Part shown: positions 1 through 9,253 of the stretch, piece by piece | How the letters are laid out: the number at the start of each line of letters is the position of its first letter | Position numbering within the stretch: the first letter of the stretch is position 1 | Virus record (IMG/VR): IMGVR_UViG_3300025102_000020 | Reading direction: 5' to 3' (one strand) | Origin: an uncultured virus (IMG/VR IMGVR_UViG_3300025102_000020) | Lineage: Duplodnaviria; Heunggongvirae; Uroviricota; Caudoviricetes; Crassvirales | DNA length: 64,000 bases | Program-made: the position numbers and the translations under genes | The notes under the pieces: generated by a model | Told to the model about the DNA's origin: nothing | Databases searched by the model: none | Seen by the model: only the letters and a program-made list of their open reading frames with translations

Positions 1-38
1 TTGATAGAAATAGTTAGATAGTATACCACTCCGACTCT

Positions 39-263
39 CTATCTACAGAAAGTTGGAATGTTATTTGAATTAGTATATGATTTGTATTTCTTAAAACAAT
101 TCATGTTATCGAATCTTTCTTTGTTACGAGTGTAGACTTCGTCATGATTGTAAGTCACAGACTTTCCTTTCTTCGTTACGAATGTAATGATTGTGTTAGT
201 TCCAATTAGTGATTTTCTTATTACAAATCTTTTTGTTGTAATTTTGTTTAATTTAGTTTTCAT
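39..263 (-). CDS. hypothetical phage protein (start probably MKTKLNK at 263)
   Basis: ORF with AT-rich leader (AAATAAAATTAAACATT-ATG); the longer 317 start overlaps a promoter-like motif. Confidence 0.65.
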   Translation of the reverse strand: MKTKLNKITTKRFVIRKSLIGTNTIITFVTKKGKSVTYNHDEVYTRNKERFDNMNCFKKYKSYTNSNNIPTFCR

Positions 264-308
264 AATGTTTAATTTTATTTGATTATTATTTATTTGATTT
301 ACATATAT

Positions 309-332
309 ATTATCCATGAATGAATGTATTTA
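309..332 (-). promoter_or_regulatory. candidate phage promoter TAAATA-N13-ATAAT
   Basis: same spacing as copies at 598, 30755 and 44445; upstream of the leftward gene. Confidence 0.45.
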
Positions 333-384
333 CTTTGTAAAAGAAAAACGTGAAAATTAAATGAAGACATGTGTAGAGAGCAAG

Positions 385-442
385 TTTGAAAATGAAAACA
401 AATAAACAAAAACGAATAAAAATGAAAATGAAAACGAAAATG
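385..442. repeat. imperfect GAAAAY/A-tract tandem repeats in divergent intergenic region
   Basis: gaaaatgaaaac...aaaatgaaaatgaaaacgaaaatg read directly. Confidence 0.55.
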
Positions 443-479
443 TGATCGGTGGGGCCCAAAAGAGAAACGACTTTAAACT

Positions 480-506
480 GGGAGGAGGGGGGCCGGGGGG
501 AGGGGG
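480..506 (+). other. G-tract cluster (G-quadruplex-capable)
   Basis: GGG AGGA GGGGGG CC GGGGGG A GGGGG in an AT-rich genome. Confidence 0.7.
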
Positions 507-543
507 TTACATTTCGCCCCAATATTTATAACGTATTTTTTTA

Positions 544-590
544 TGTGACATAAGCCTTATAAGGAATACTAGTAATGGGCTATTGTCACA
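544..590. repeat. 47-bp imperfect inverted repeat TGTGACA...TGTCACA, copy 1
   Basis: TGTGACATAAGCC...GGCTATTGTCACA; related copy at 60832-60877 in opposite orientation. Confidence 0.8.
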
Positions 591-597
591 CTTTATG

Positions 598-621
598 TAA
601 ATAACTATTTTATCATGTAAT
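598..621 (+). promoter_or_regulatory. candidate phage promoter TAAATA-N13-GTAAT
   Basis: about 28 nt upstream of first + strand gene; motif recurs with identical spacing. Confidence 0.5.
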
Positions 622-648
622 TATTAGGTTAACTAATAAACGAAAACC

Positions 649-1140
649 ATGGCATTCAAAATGAAGGGTTCTACTCACTACGGTAAGAACCCATTAAAAC
701 AAACAGTAGGCGGAGACGCAGGTGAAGCAATAGATCACTGGAAAAATTACAATAAGGCTAAAAAGGCTAAAGAGAGTATGCCTAAGGATTTCAATATGAC
801 TAATAAGAAAGATGCTTTTGATAAGACATCTAAAGAAATACTTAATAGATCTAAGAAGGCACTTAGTGACACGCCTAAACAAATGGCTAAAAAAGGCAGA
901 CAAGTACTAAAGACATCGAACAAGAACTTTATCTCTGGAACTAAACAAGTTTTGAAAGCTGCTAAACCAGTTGTTAAAAACGTGGCTAAGAGATTTCTAG
1001 GGCCAGTTGGAGTAGCTCTAACCGCGTACGATGTAGGAAGTTATCTTTACAAAAATAAGGATGATATTATTAAGGAATCAAAAAAAGTACAAAAGAGAAG
1101 GTTTGATAACCCAAGTGATCACGGTAGACCTAAATACTAA
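649..1140 (+). CDS. basic protein with MAFKMKG leader (putative internal virion protein)
   Basis: MAFKMKGSTHYGKNPLKQ N-terminus; Lys-rich. Confidence 0.75.
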   Translation: MAFKMKGSTHYGKNPLKQTVGGDAGEAIDHWKNYNKAKKAKESMPKDFNMTNKKDAFDKTSKEILNRSKKALSDTPKQMAKKGRQVLKTSNKNFISGTKQVLKAAKPVVKNVAKRFLGPVGVALTAYDVGSYLYKNKDDIIKESKKVQKRRFDNPSDHGRPKY

Positions 1141-1145
1141 TAACT

Positions 1146-1541
1146 ATGGCATTTAAAATGAAAGGATCCCACCATTATGGGAAAAACCCACTAAGACACA
1201 ATCTGCCAGATGGAGAGGCGCACACGCACGGAACTAATAAAAACGCTTCTTTTGATACGGACACAGACGAAAAAGATTTTACAAGACGCGATAGAAAGAC
1301 ATACGTTAGAACGAAGGAAGATAAAAAGAAGAAGGTGAAGAAGTCAGATAACTACGATATGATAAGGGGTAGAAACACAGGTGAGAGAAAACCTATTGGA
1401 CCAAAAAAAGACACTTGGTATAGAGATTCTGATAACGATGGTACGGTTGTTTCAAGAGCTTGGAAAAATAGACCTAGGTACAAGGTAAGGTTTAATAACA
1501 GTCCTATGATACCTGGCTTTGTGAGCATTAAAAGAAAATAA
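1146..1541 (+). CDS. basic protein with MAFKMKG leader
   Basis: MAFKMKGSHHYGKNPLRH N-terminus. Confidence 0.75.
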   Translation: MAFKMKGSHHYGKNPLRHNLPDGEAHTHGTNKNASFDTDTDEKDFTRRDRKTYVRTKEDKKKKVKKSDNYDMIRGRNTGERKPIGPKKDTWYRDSDNDGTVVSRAWKNRPRYKVRFNNSPMIPGFVSIKRK

Positions 1542-1544
1542 ATA

Positions 1545-2411
1545 ATGGCATACAAACAAAAAGGACCACTATTTTTCAAGTCTAGTATAAAAGGCTATAA
1601 GAAAAACTCTCCAGATATAAACGAACCTAAACTCAAGATACAAGGTGGTGATATAACCATGAAGGGAGTGGAATTTCCAGTACACGGGAAAGACAATCTT
1701 GGTAATGAAAAAATAATGAAACCAGGTAAAAACTACAAGTTTCCAGGTGATTATGTAATAGAAACACCTCTACATCAAAACAATGAAGAGCCTTTGTACG
1801 AAGGTGAATACGAAGAGGGAGGATTAAAAAGGGATCGCTTTAAAAATTTACCATACGAAAAATATAAAAAAGTTGTCCCTGCTAAAGAAAAGTATGTAAT
1901 GCCTGAGGATTGGGGTGATTACGGGTTTAGCGAAGGTGGTGGAAAAGCTGCTTTTTATAGACCTAATGAAAAAACTATATACTATAAAAACAGACCAGTC
2001 CCATATAAAGATCCTATATATCCTACAAGCGAACAAAAGAAACACGAAAATATACATCATTTACAAGAAATGGAAGGAGGTAAAGGATCTGTTCTTGGCG
2101 AATTCTTCAAAGACAGGGATGCTTACATGAAGAAATTTAAAAAAGGAGAATTCACCCAAGATCCATACACTATGATACCACACACTTACACTTGGGAAGA
2201 TGGAAGTACTAGCGAGGGCGTTAAACAGAACCCGAATCCATCTGGAAAGTGGGAGGATTTACCAAAATCAAGTAGAAAGAAGATGGCTACGCATCGTAGA
2301 AAAACTTTTAACACAAGAAGAGACATACCTGGAACTATAGAGCACGATGCTACAGTCCGAACTAAAGCTGCTGGTCCAGGGTATTATAAAGAAAAATTTT
2401 CGAAAAAATAA
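1545..2411 (+). CDS. MAYKQKG-leader protein with HEXXH zincin-like motif
   Basis: leader variant; HENIH at 2043-2057 with downstream Glu (IEHDA). Confidence 0.65.
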   Translation: MAYKQKGPLFFKSSIKGYKKNSPDINEPKLKIQGGDITMKGVEFPVHGKDNLGNEKIMKPGKNYKFPGDYVIETPLHQNNEEPLYEGEYEEGGLKRDRFKNLPYEKYKKVVPAKEKYVMPEDWGDYGFSEGGGKAAFYRPNEKTIYYKNRPVPYKDPIYPTSEQKKHENIHHLQEMEGGKGSVLGEFFKDRDAYMKKFKKGEFTQDPYTMIPHTYTWEDGSTSEGVKQNPNPSGKWEDLPKSSRKKMATHRRKTFNTRRDIPGTIEHDATVRTKAAGPGYYKEKFSKK

Positions 2412-2436
2412 TTAATTAATTACAAAAACAAAAAAA

Positions 2437-2979
2437 ATGGCATTTAAAATGAAAGGTACTCCAATGTATAGAAATTACGGCGTTGGAAAGGCACCACTAA
2501 AGGATTATGATATGGAAAAAGGTTCTCATGACCATCCACATTCTCCAGCTAAAAACATGAAAGACGGTGAATACAAGCACGACTTTGAGTCACCGGCAAA
2601 ACAAAGAGTAAAAAAGCAAAAAAGCGCTAAGTATATTGATGACGAAGGTGGAGACACTAGAAACGAAAAAGGCCAAACTCAAAAAGACGTAATAAAAAGT
2701 AGACAAAAAAACATAGATAAAGCAGGTAAGAGCCTAAAGAAAGGGACAAAGACCCTACAAAAATCTGTTGATAAAGGCATGAGTTTGGAGTCCGCTAATG
2801 AGAAAAGATCTGAAATGATATCTAGCTTGAACAACGCTATAGAAAAATATAATTTCTCTGCAGACTCTATTAAAACTACTATACCTAAGATACAAGAACA
2901 AAGAAAAGTTACTAGAGAGCTTGACGCTGAGATGGAGTACGAAAGAAAAACTTCAAAAAATAAAAAGAAAAAGAAATAA
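2437..2979 (+). CDS. basic protein with MAFKMKG leader and SPAK repeats
   Basis: MAFKMKGT; APLKD, SPAKN, SPAKQ. Confidence 0.75.
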   Translation: MAFKMKGTPMYRNYGVGKAPLKDYDMEKGSHDHPHSPAKNMKDGEYKHDFESPAKQRVKKQKSAKYIDDEGGDTRNEKGQTQKDVIKSRQKNIDKAGKSLKKGTKTLQKSVDKGMSLESANEKRSEMISSLNNAIEKYNFSADSIKTTIPKIQEQRKVTRELDAEMEYERKTSKNKKKKK

Positions 2980-3011
2980 CAAACTAATATTAACCAACAC
3001 ATAAAACCAAA

Positions 3012-3302
3012 ATGACTTACTTGTATTACAAGAGTTCGTATACCACGAACACAACTAAACCGAATGAAAAAACTATGAACCAATGGAAACATCTTGCAGA
3101 TAAGAAAAACTGGAGGATTACCCAATTACCTAATGGATTCTACCAAACAGAGTGCTCAAACCCTGATAATGAGGAATGGCACGCTGTTACAAGACGAGAA
3201 ACAATAAAGGGTGCTGAAACAGCAATTGATGGAAGCATTGATCATTTCTCTAAAAAGATAGAAGCCACACAAGGACCTAAAGTTATAAAAACATTCAAAT
3301 AG
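3012..3302 (+). CDS. hypothetical phage protein
   Basis: ORF with good leader, directly upstream of groEL. Confidence 0.65.
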   Translation: MTYLYYKSSYTTNTTKPNEKTMNQWKHLADKKNWRITQLPNGFYQTECSNPDNEEWHAVTRRETIKGAETAIDGSIDHFSKKIEATQGPKVIKTFK

Positions 3303-3324
3303 AACCACAATTAAATTAAATTAA

Positions 3325-4887
3325 ATGGAATACAATCTACCTAGCGAGATTGTCAAAGACTTAAACTTTGGCGATTCCGCTAAACAACGAATAATTAAAG
3401 GAGTAGAGAAATTAGCAAATGCTGTTTCTTCTACACTTGGAGCCTCAGGAAAATGCGTGATATATGAAGACGCTCAGGGCAAACCGGTGATCACAAAAGA
3501 CGGAGTAACAGTAGCTGAATCTGTTGTCTTATTCGATCCGGTTGAAAATATGGGAGCTACCTTAATAAAGGAAGCTGCTAGAAATACAGTGAAAGAAGCA
3601 GGAGACGGTACTACAACAGCTACCGTTCTTGCTAACTCACTTATTAAAGAGGTAAGCAAAACCAGAGGTTCTACAACTAGAGATATTAAAGAAGGTATAT
3701 TGTCTGGTACTAAAAAAATAAACGAATATTTAGATAAAATAAAAATAGACGTTAAAGATAGCATGCTGGATAGTGTGGCTGCTATAAGCTGTAATAACGA
3801 TATGGAGTTAGGATCTATAATATCTGACGCGTATAAAAGAGTAGGTAAGGACGGGGTTGTTCTAATGGAAACTTCTGAGACAAACGAAACCTACACTGAG
3901 GTTGTTGATGGTGTGCAAATAGAATCTGGACTAATATCTCCTCATTTTGTAACTGATAATGAGAAACAAAGAGTTATTTTAGAAAAACCTTTAGTTTTAA
4001 TTGTTTCTTCAGAGATACCAAATGTAAGAAAAATACAAAATATACTAGAGTTTGTTATAAAAAACAACCGATCTTTACTAATTGTCGCTCAAGTAAGCCA
4101 GCAAGTAAAATCGGCGCTTTTAATGAACAAAGTAAAAGGTAATATAAAGGTCAATATTGTAGATTTACCAGGTTTTGGACCAACAAAACAAGACACGATC
4201 AAAGATTTGGCTATTTTAACTGGAGCTACTGTAATTAACGAAGAGCTTGGTGATGATTTAGACGGGATTTCATTAGATATTCTTGGAGAAGTAGAAAAAT
4301 CAGTTACAGACGATAAAAGCACTGTTATAACAACGTTAGAAACATCAGAAGAAGTCCCTGAAAGAATAAAAGAAGTTCAAAAACTATTAAAATCAGAGAA
4401 AAATGGTTTTTTAAAGAAGAAAATAGAGCAAAGATTAGCCATGTTATCTGGATCTGTAGGAATAATACGCGTAGGAGCTGATTCTAAGGTAGAACTGAAA
4501 GAAAAGAAAGATAGAGTAGAGGACGCAATATACGCAACCAAAGCCGCGTTAAAGGAAGGTATTGTTCCGGGTGGTGGAATTGCACTGTTGAACGCTTCTC
4601 AATGTATTGAGCCTGAAAACATTGGAGAAACAATACTGCTAGACGCAATTAAAGCGCCATTCGAAACAATACTACACAACGCAGGAATAGAAGATTATGA
4701 ATTACCAAATGTTAAAGGTTACGGTGTCGATGTTATTAGTGGTGATATTGTGGATATGGTTGATCACGGGGTTATCGACCCTGTTTTAGTAACAAAATCA
4801 GCATTAAAGAACGCAAACTCCGTAATAAGCACTATAATTTCCGCAAATTGTGTGATATCTAATATGAGGACAAATGAAAGCAGTTAA
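3325..4887 (+). CDS. groEL: chaperonin GroEL (phage-encoded)
   Basis: ITKDGVTVA, AGDGTTTATVLA, EKKDRVEDA, GIVPGGG, GVIDP motifs. Confidence 0.97.
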   Translation: MEYNLPSEIVKDLNFGDSAKQRIIKGVEKLANAVSSTLGASGKCVIYEDAQGKPVITKDGVTVAESVVLFDPVENMGATLIKEAARNTVKEAGDGTTTATVLANSLIKEVSKTRGSTTRDIKEGILSGTKKINEYLDKIKIDVKDSMLDSVAAISCNNDMELGSIISDAYKRVGKDGVVLMETSETNETYTEVVDGVQIESGLISPHFVTDNEKQRVILEKPLVLIVSSEIPNVRKIQNILEFVIKNNRSLLIVAQVSQQVKSALLMNKVKGNIKVNIVDLPGFGPTKQDTIKDLAILTGATVINEELGDDLDGISLDILGEVEKSVTDDKSTVITTLETSEEVPERIKEVQKLLKSEKNGFLKKKIEQRLAMLSGSVGIIRVGADSKVELKEKKDRVEDAIYATKAALKEGIVPGGGIALLNASQCIEPENIGETILLDAIKAPFETILHNAGIEDYELPNVKGYGVDVISGDIVDMVDHGVIDPVLVTKSALKNANSVISTIISANCVISNMRTNESS

Positions 4888-5131
4888 TCATTACCTCGTT
4901 ATAGAGAGAATAAAAGAAAGCCCTAAGAAAATAGGTGGATTAATATTAACCGAAGAAACAGGGGACGAAAACAGATATACTAAAGCTAAGGTAATATCAA
5001 CAGGAAATCTTGTAGAAGGAATACACGTAGATGATATTATATATTACGCCAAAAACGCTGGGCATGGGATTCAGCATAAAGATAAATTTTACCATGTTAT
5101 AAAACAAATGGACGTGGTATTAATAGATTAA
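4874..5131 (+). CDS. groES: co-chaperonin GroES
   Basis: 85 aa, GGLIL mobile loop, AKVISTG; overlaps groEL end. Confidence 0.85.
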   Translation: MKAVNHYLVIERIKESPKKIGGLILTEETGDENRYTKAKVISTGNLVEGIHVDDIIYYAKNAGHGIQHKDKFYHVIKQMDVVLID

Positions 5132-5203
5132 CCAAAACCATAAACCTAAACCCTAAAACTCAAACGACAATTAACTTAATTATTAACAAAAAACAAAACG
5201 ATT

Positions 5204-5629
5204 ATGAAACCAATGATGGTATTTCACAGTGCTACTGTAGACAGTGACTCTGTAGGATCACATGACGCAGGTACAAACTTAGATATGGCTGCTTTCGCAG
5301 TAGAAGATTTAGTTTGTATTACAGCTGGTAACACTTCAGTAGAATTAACGTTCAACGAAACAGGTATGTTTAACAGAGAATCTGGCACCGGTGGAGATGA
5401 TGAGGCTGGTTTAGAGAACTCTCTAGCTATCTTAACAGTAACTGACGCTGCTACTGCTACTGCTATTGTTAAGAAAATAATTCTTGCAATTAATGGTGGT
5501 CCTCACAAGTCTGGTATGTTTTTGTTTGACGCTGTAAACGACGTTTATCCTAGTGATATTGCTTCAGGTGACGTATCAGCGATCAACATTAGACGTACTA
5601 CTACTTCAAGAGTTGTTGTAGCTGCTTAA
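5204..5629 (+). CDS. hypothetical (probably structural) protein
   Basis: A/T/D/G-rich ORF. Confidence 0.65.
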   Translation: MKPMMVFHSATVDSDSVGSHDAGTNLDMAAFAVEDLVCITAGNTSVELTFNETGMFNRESGTGGDDEAGLENSLAILTVTDAATATAIVKKIILAINGGPHKSGMFLFDAVNDVYPSDIASGDVSAINIRRTTTSRVVVAA

Positions 5630-5635
5630 CTTTGA

Positions 5636-6076
5636 ATGAGATTAACCGCGCAGGATCTGCGTGAAATGAATATCCTTAAGTATTACAGGCTCACACGAAA
5701 GTGGGCCTGTAAGACTTACGGGTTAACAGATGCAGATTTAGAATTATTAATTTATTTAGATTGTAAAGAAAGATTTACACGGCAAGAGTTTATAGATGGT
5801 ACTTACACCATGAGTTGGGATAAGAACCGTTGGGAGAAACTAAGGAAATTAGGTTGGATAGAAACCTGGAGACACAGAAACAGAACAACAATAAAGTACT
5901 CAGTGTTTAAAACATCATTCAAATGTTCTCAGTTAATCAGTAGAATATATAGAGTGTTGTTAGGTGAAGAAGATTTACCAACATCAGAGAGAAGTACTTT
6001 TTATAATAATAAAACATATACTGATAAGGTTTTTAATAAATCTATAGACGATATGATAAAAGACAAAGATAGATAA
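5636..6076 (+). CDS. hypothetical protein, possible winged-helix
   Basis: LTDADLELLIYL...FTRQEF...LRKLGWI pattern resembles wHTH. Confidence 0.5.
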   Translation: MRLTAQDLREMNILKYYRLTRKWACKTYGLTDADLELLIYLDCKERFTRQEFIDGTYTMSWDKNRWEKLRKLGWIETWRHRNRTTIKYSVFKTSFKCSQLISRIYRVLLGEEDLPTSERSTFYNNKTYTDKVFNKSIDDMIKDKDR

Positions 6077-6077
6077 T

Positions 6078-6731
6078 ATGGCTTATAGACAAAAACCACC
6101 AACTTTCATGCGTAGCTGTTTAAAACAAAAACAGTATTGGTATAAAGTAGATGGCAAAAACGTTAGCAAGGAAGAGTATAATGAATACCAAAACATACCT
6201 GGTCAGATGGAAGGTGGCGGTAAAACTACTAATGATCCAGATGCTAGCGGTCGTAAGGCTGCTACTGAAAAAGCAAGATCAAAAAATAAAAGACCTACAG
6301 TTTTGACAGAAGCACAAACTAAATTACTAAAAGAAAGAACAAGCAAAAAATCTCCACCGTTTAAAGCTACGGCTGGTTTTAATATACTTATGGAAGGCGC
6401 TGGAAAAGACGCCACCAACAAATACACTTCTGGAGATAGATCTTATAGAGGGTCTTATGATATTGATTTTAAAAAATCAGCTTTCCACCCATCCAAAGAG
6501 GATATATCAGATGATAACGGTGGTAACGGAGATAACGGGGGCAACAATACTTTCTCTAGCACGAGCGTTAAATGGCCACCAAAAATTAAAGGAAACAAAA
6601 AACAAAGAAACTACGCTACAACTTCTTGTGAAATCGTATCAGACAAACACGGTAAGCAAACAAATAAGTTTACAAATCTAACAAAGAAACAACAAAGAAA
6701 AATTAGAAAAGGTCAAGTAGGAGGAATATAA
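6078..6731 (+). CDS. basic protein with MAYRQK leader variant
   Basis: MAYRQKPPTFMRSCLKQ; internal SPPFKA. Confidence 0.65.
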   Translation: MAYRQKPPTFMRSCLKQKQYWYKVDGKNVSKEEYNEYQNIPGQMEGGGKTTNDPDASGRKAATEKARSKNKRPTVLTEAQTKLLKERTSKKSPPFKATAGFNILMEGAGKDATNKYTSGDRSYRGSYDIDFKKSAFHPSKEDISDDNGGNGDNGGNNTFSSTSVKWPPKIKGNKKQRNYATTSCEIVSDKHGKQTNKFTNLTKKQQRKIRKGQVGGI

Positions 6732-6732
6732 T

Positions 6733-7092
6733 ATGGCATATAAAATAGGATCAGAAAGAAGAAATACACCTTATAAAGTTATCAAAAAATCCTTAGGAAA
6801 GGGAATTTTAGGTGAGGCAAATAACGATGGTACTATATTTATAAACAAAGATATACCTAATGGTAGCGCAAAAGAAAAAGAAGTTGTAGCACACGAGGGT
6901 AAACACATGGACGATATGGCTTCTGGTAAATTAGCTTACGGAGACGACTTTGTGAGATATAATGGTAAAACTTATCATAGAAAAAACGGAAAAATTAATT
7001 ATAATGGCAAGTGGTCTGAAGAAGGTTCTAAAGACTTCCCTTGGGAAAAAGCTGCCTACAAAGTGGGTAACGCCGCAAAAAAACAAAAATAA
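6733..7092 (+). CDS. small zincin-like metallopeptidase
   Basis: GEANNDGTIFINK...VVAHEGKH...FPWEK (HEXXH plus distal Glu). Confidence 0.7.
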   Translation: MAYKIGSERRNTPYKVIKKSLGKGILGEANNDGTIFINKDIPNGSAKEKEVVAHEGKHMDDMASGKLAYGDDFVRYNGKTYHRKNGKINYNGKWSEEGSKDFPWEKAAYKVGNAAKKQK

Positions 7093-7097
7093 AAATT

Positions 7098-8441
7098 ATG
7101 GCATTTAAAATGAAAAGCGCTCTAAAGTTTGGGCAAAAAACAGCGTTCAAAATGAAAAGTTACAGTCCCGCGAAACAAACGGTAGATCCAGACGCACCTG
7201 GTACTCCAGGAAAGCCTGGCTACGAACCACCAGTTGTACGTGGGGAACTAGACGAGAAAGGCAAAGCAATATATGACGCTCATAGAAATAAAGCAACAAA
7301 GGAGTGGTTAATGGAGAACAAAGGGTTCAACCAAGAAGACGCAGACCGAATGATGGCTGACGGAGCGTACTCATACAAGGATATGATGAAAGAAAAAGGC
7401 GCACACAAAAATCCTAAAGCAAAAAAAGACGTTGCAGCTGAACCAAAAGGCAAAGGATCAGAAGGCAAACCTAAGCAAGAAGATTTTGAACCAGCTTATG
7501 AAGGCGCTGATTACAGCAAGAAAGATATCGCTAAAATGACCGCAAAAGAAAAAGCAGCAAAAATTGATGGTTATGAAGCTAAGCCAAAAAAGAAAAAGAC
7601 GCCATTAGAACAAGAGGGACCTATACCTAAAAAGAACATTAAATTACAAAAAGGGGAACATCCAGACACTTACTTATTCGGACATAATTATGGTGACGAA
7701 AATATTGAAGGAGCAGGAGAAGGTTTTGAGCCAACTGGAACTAGAGGCGAACAGTTTACAGCTAACGAAAGAATAAACGACATGGAAGAAAGAGCTGGTT
7801 TCTTAATTGATAACGATATACCAGATCTTGAAGGCTCAACAGACCCTAAAGATGTTAAAAAATTAAAAACATTAAAAGCTACCGCTAAAAAACTTCAACA
7901 CGAAGCAGATATAATGCGTAAAAGAAGAGAAAACGAAAAAAAATCTTCTCCAGCTAAACAAGCTATAGATAATATAGAATATGGTGGGATGAATTATAAA
8001 GCCTATAAATATCACAAAGATTATGGTACAGGTGAAAATGCTGTTAGTAAAAAAGAGGAAAGAAAAGCTACAAGAAAATGGAAAAAAGAACACGGTGTTA
8101 AAGGAAAAACCGGTGGACGGCACGAAAAAAGATTAGAGAAGAAAGCAGTTAGAAAACTAAAAAAATCTGAAAAATCACATGCAAAATATGAAGAAGCTAA
8201 AAAAGCTTATTATGATGATGATGTAAACAATAAAAAAGATTGGAAAAAACTGCAAAAAACAAGAAAAAAAGCTGACAAAAGAAGAGGCAAGGCAACTAGT
8301 GCTGAACTTAAAGTAAGACACAATAGGGAATTAGCAAGTGTTAAAGGTGATAAAAGAAATAAAGTTGAATTATCCAAAGCTTATAGCAAGCAAAAATTAC
8401 CGGAAATGCAAAAGATGCCACAGTTAAAAATCGAAAAATAG
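7098..8441 (+). CDS. Lys-rich protein with duplicated AFKMK leader and multiple SPAKQ-like motifs
   Basis: MAFKMKSALKFGQKTAFKMKSYSPAKQ; TPLEQ; SSPAKQ. Confidence 0.75.
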   Translation: MAFKMKSALKFGQKTAFKMKSYSPAKQTVDPDAPGTPGKPGYEPPVVRGELDEKGKAIYDAHRNKATKEWLMENKGFNQEDADRMMADGAYSYKDMMKEKGAHKNPKAKKDVAAEPKGKGSEGKPKQEDFEPAYEGADYSKKDIAKMTAKEKAAKIDGYEAKPKKKKTPLEQEGPIPKKNIKLQKGEHPDTYLFGHNYGDENIEGAGEGFEPTGTRGEQFTANERINDMEERAGFLIDNDIPDLEGSTDPKDVKKLKTLKATAKKLQHEADIMRKRRENEKKSSPAKQAIDNIEYGGMNYKAYKYHKDYGTGENAVSKKEERKATRKWKKEHGVKGKTGGRHEKRLEKKAVRKLKKSEKSHAKYEEAKKAYYDDDVNNKKDWKKLQKTRKKADKRRGKATSAELKVRHNRELASVKGDKRNKVELSKAYSKQKLPEMQKMPQLKIEK

Positions 8442-8448
8442 TTAAATC

Positions 8449-8841
8449 ATGAATATATTAGGTAAAATATTTTCAGGTGGAGCTACTGAATTGGTAAAAG
8501 GTGTAGGTGGAGTTATAGATAACTTACATACTTCTAAAGAAGAAAAGCTTGAAGCTGAAAAACAAATAAAAGATATGATAATGGGTTATGAGGCTGAGAT
8601 GCAAAAGCAAGTAACCGAAAGATGGTCGATGGATATGAAGTCGGACTCTTGGTTATCAAAAAATATAAGACCACTAGTTTTAATATTTCTAGTAGTATCA
8701 ACAGTATTGTTAGTTTTTATCGATGCTGGTGTTATTGCTTTTGAAGTTAAGGCTTCGTGGGTAGACTTATTACAATTAGTATTAATAACGGTGATCGGTG
8801 CTTATTTTGGCGGCAGATCACTAGAAAAAGTAAAAAAATAA
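8449..8841 (+). CDS. holin (3TM/GTA-holin-like)
   Basis: ERW..DM.SDSWLSKNIRP, two hydrophobic helices, GAYFGGRS.EK. Confidence 0.75.
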   Translation: MNILGKIFSGGATELVKGVGGVIDNLHTSKEEKLEAEKQIKDMIMGYEAEMQKQVTERWSMDMKSDSWLSKNIRPLVLIFLVVSTVLLVFIDAGVIAFEVKASWVDLLQLVLITVIGAYFGGRSLEKVKK

Positions 8842-8845
8842 AATT

Positions 8846-9253
8846 ATGGGATCAAAAAGTGATGTAGTAGACTACGGCTTTGGCCAAATGGGTAGTGGGC
8901 ACGTAGTTGCTCACGGTACTGATGTTTTCGCTCCAAAAGGAAAAGTAATAGTAGCAATAACGTTTCTAGACGACACGTATTTAGACAAGTTAGTTGCTGA
9001 CACTAGTCACAATACTGGGTCTGCTACTGTTGATAATGGACCAGATGACACGGCGTATTTTGGAACTGGAACTCAAGTAACTGCTAATGGTGGTGATGGT
9101 GAGGCTGGAGGTTACAACTCTGTGACAAGTGTTGCTGTTGCAGCGACTGTTAAATTTCCAAAAGGAGTTACTATATACGGTAGATGGACAGAAGTTTCTA
9201 TACAAAATACATCTGTTACTGCTAGCGGTATAATTCTTTATTACGGTATATAA
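8846..9253 (+). CDS. hypothetical structural protein
   Basis: G/T/V-rich ORF, FPKGVTIYGRW; stop overlaps next start. Confidence 0.65.
   Translation: MGSKSDVVDYGFGQMGSGHVVAHGTDVFAPKGKVIVAITFLDDTYLDKLVADTSHNTGSATVDNGPDDTAYFGTGTQVTANGGDGEAGGYNSVTSVAVAATVKFPKGVTIYGRWTEVSIQNTSVTASGIILYYGI

Noticed and set aside
310..522. 70-aa minus-strand ORF
   Set aside because: Translation of A-tract and G-tract low-complexity DNA in the regulatory region (FIFIF, PSPRPP); unlikely to be a gene
544..590. CRP/FNR site or IS terminal repeat
   Set aside because: TGTGA and TCACA are separated by 37 nt rather than 6; no transposase is present
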